Source: Macrostomum hystrix
Taxonomy: Eukaryota > Animalia > Platyhelminthes
Direction of reading: 5' to 3'
NCBI GenBank assembly: GCA_950097015.1
Contig: CATNEN010000029.1
Span: 5,704,001 to 5,768,000, forward strand
Length of the DNA: 64,000 nt
The notes below the pieces were generated by a model. That model did no database searches, was not told the origin of the DNA, and saw nothing but the letters and a program-made list of their open reading frames with translations. The translations under genes were made by a program, and so were the position numbers. This document shows, piece after piece, positions 61,945 to 64,000 of this stretch; within the stretch, counting starts at the first letter, position 1, and every line of letters begins with the position of its first letter.

Positions 61945-63902
61945 ATGAGTCAGCAGAAGAGCACGTCATTCATGTCGCAATCAATGAAGATATTTGCAGT
62001 TGTGGCAGCCTACTGGGTTGTTTCAATATCGCTGGTTTTCCTCAACAAGTACCTGCTGAGCAGTCAAGAGTTGAAATTGGATGCACCTTACTTTGTCACT
62101 TGGTTTCAGTGCCTTGTGTCCCTAGTTCTTTGCTACCTGTTGGCTGGTCTGGCACATTTAATGCCAATGTGCTTCAGCTTTCCTTCTGTGGTTGTAAGTA
62201 CCCGATCAATCTGCATGGGATTCCATGATTGAACTGCAGTTTGGGATTCCCATGATTGATGAAAGTCTGCAGTTTGGGATTCCCATGATAATTGAACTGC
62301 AGTTTGGTACTCCCATGATAATTGAACTGCAGTTTGGTACTCCCATGATAATTGAACTGCAGTTTGGGATTCCCATGATAATTGAACTGCAGTTTGGTAC
62401 TCCCATGATAATTGAACTGCAGTTTGGTACTCCCATGATAATTGAACTGCAGTTTGGGATTCCCATGATAATTGAACTGCAGTTTGGTACTCCCATGATA
62501 ATTGAACTTCAGTTTGGTACTCCCATGATAATTGAACTGCAGTTTGGTACTCCCATGATAATTGAACTGCAGTTTGGTACTTCCATGATAATTGAACTGC
62601 AGTTTGGGATTCCCATGATAATTGAACTGCAGTTTGGGATTCCCATGATAATTTAACTGCAGTTTGGGAGATTCCCATGATAATTGAACTGCAGTTTGGG
62701 ATTCTCATGATAATTGAACTGCAGTTTGGGATTCCCATGATAATTGAACTGCAGTTTGGGATTCTCATGATAATTGAACTGCAGTTTGGTACTCCCATGA
62801 TAATTGAACTGCAGTTTGGTACTCCCATGATAATTGAACTGCAGTTTGGGATTCCCATGATAATTGAACTGCAGTTTGGTACTCCCATGATAATTGAACT
62901 GCAGTTTGGTACTCCCATGATAATTGAACTGCAGTTTGGGATTCCCATGATAATTGAACTGCAGTTTGGGATTCTCATGATAATTGAACTGCAGTTTGGG
63001 ATTCCCATGATAATTGAACTGCAGTTTGGTACTCCCATGATAATTGAACTGCAGTTTGGTACTCCCATGATAATTGAACTGCAGTTTGGGATTCCCATGA
63101 TAATTGAACTGCAGTTTGGTACTCCCATGATAATTGAACTGCAGTTTGGTACTCCCATGATAATTGAACTGCAGTTTGGGATTCCCATGATAATTGAACT
63201 GCAGTTTGGTACTCCCATGATAATTGAACTGCAGTTTGGTACTTCCATGATAATTGAACTGCAGTTTGGGATTCCCATGATAATTGAACTGCAGTTTGGT
63301 ACTCCCATGATAATTGAACTGCAGTTTGGGATTCCCATGATAATTGAACTGCAGTTTGGTACTCCCATGATAATTATACTGCATTTTGGGATTCCCATGA
63401 TAATTGAACTGCAGTTTGGGATTTCCATGATAATTGAACTGCAGTTTGGGATTCCCATGATAATTGAACTGCAGTTTGGGATTCCCATGATAATTGAACT
63501 GCAGTTTGGGATTCCCATGATAATTGAACTGCAGTTTAGAATCCCTTAATTAAAACTCAAAGCTCTAATATTTGTTTTAATATTTTAACTATGACCTATA
63601 TTGTGAAGTAGACCGGGGCTGAAGTTACTCTAGCGTCTTCCTTCTCAACCAGATCAGCCTTCAGGTGTGCCGCAAAGTGGCCCCGCTGTCGTTAATCTTT
63701 GTTGCCATGGTGACTTTCAACAATCTGTGCCTGAAAGACGTGGGCATCAGTTTCTATTACGCTGGCAGGTCGTTCACCACAGTGTTTAATGCGCTGCTGT
63801 CCTATGTTATTCTGGGCCAGACCACGTCACCCCGGGCCATTCTCTGCTGCGGCTTCATCATCATCGGCTTTCTGCTGGGCGTCGATCAAGAGAAAGTGTC
63901 AG
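61945..63902 (+). CDS. SLC35C1: GDP-fucose transporter 1, 5' part; gene continues past the window end
   Basis: Exon 61945-62193 ([33 protein letters not shown]) joins in phase 0 to 63653-63902 (FNNLCLK.VG.SFY..GRS.TTVFN, GF.LGVDQE). The start codon could lie further upstream. Confidence 0.95.
62215..63545. repeat. 30-bp minisatellite (ATTCCCATGATAATTGAACTGCAGTTTGGG / ..GGTACT), about 44 units, filling SLC35C1 intron 1
   Basis: Direct reading. Confidence 0.99.
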
Positions 63903-64000
63903 GTAGGCGCGCATCATCCTACTGTTAGTAGAGCAATTTGTTACGTTTCATCGGAGTCCGCACCGCCAATCCTAATCGCAGGCTCCCTGTCTGTATCTGG

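Noticed and set aside
12700-63545. CRISPR-like arrays
   Set aside because: Units are contiguous with no unique spacers, no cas genes are present, and the context is eukaryotic.
62133-63549. Repetitive ORFs up to 461 aa
   Set aside because: 30-bp array lying inside a well-supported SLC35C1 intron.

Overview
This is eukaryotic (metazoan) genomic DNA: GC-rich spliced exons with GT-AG introns, AT-rich spacers and a very high density of short-unit tandem arrays. The style is most consistent with a free-living flatworm such as Macrostomum (inference only). The supplied ORF track ignores introns and uses non-ATG starts, and most of its long ORFs are tandem-repeat artefacts. Supported genes: a minus-strand multi-exon gene with a TRADD-N-like domain; an intronless secreted C-type lectin; a divergent PNPO-like gene; METTL17/Rsm22; an intronless SLC22-type transporter with a frameshift; an ELAV/Hu-family gene with five RRMs and two 1-bp frameshifts; a probable single-pass membrane protein; tRNA-Thr(CGT); and the 5' part of the GDP-fucose transporter SLC35C1. 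Mobile DNA comprises LINE remnants, a Tc1/IS630 deletion derivative, MITEs with 8-bp TSDs, and two tRNA-derived SINE families. The most notable observations are the 5-RRM ELAV architecture, introns largely filled by unrelated 20-42 bp minisatellites that start just after the donor site, a PNPO paralog lacking its substrate-clamp motif, a LINE 3' end embedded between two CAA/CAG tracts, and a cluster of coding-sequence lesions that could be real decay or assembly error.
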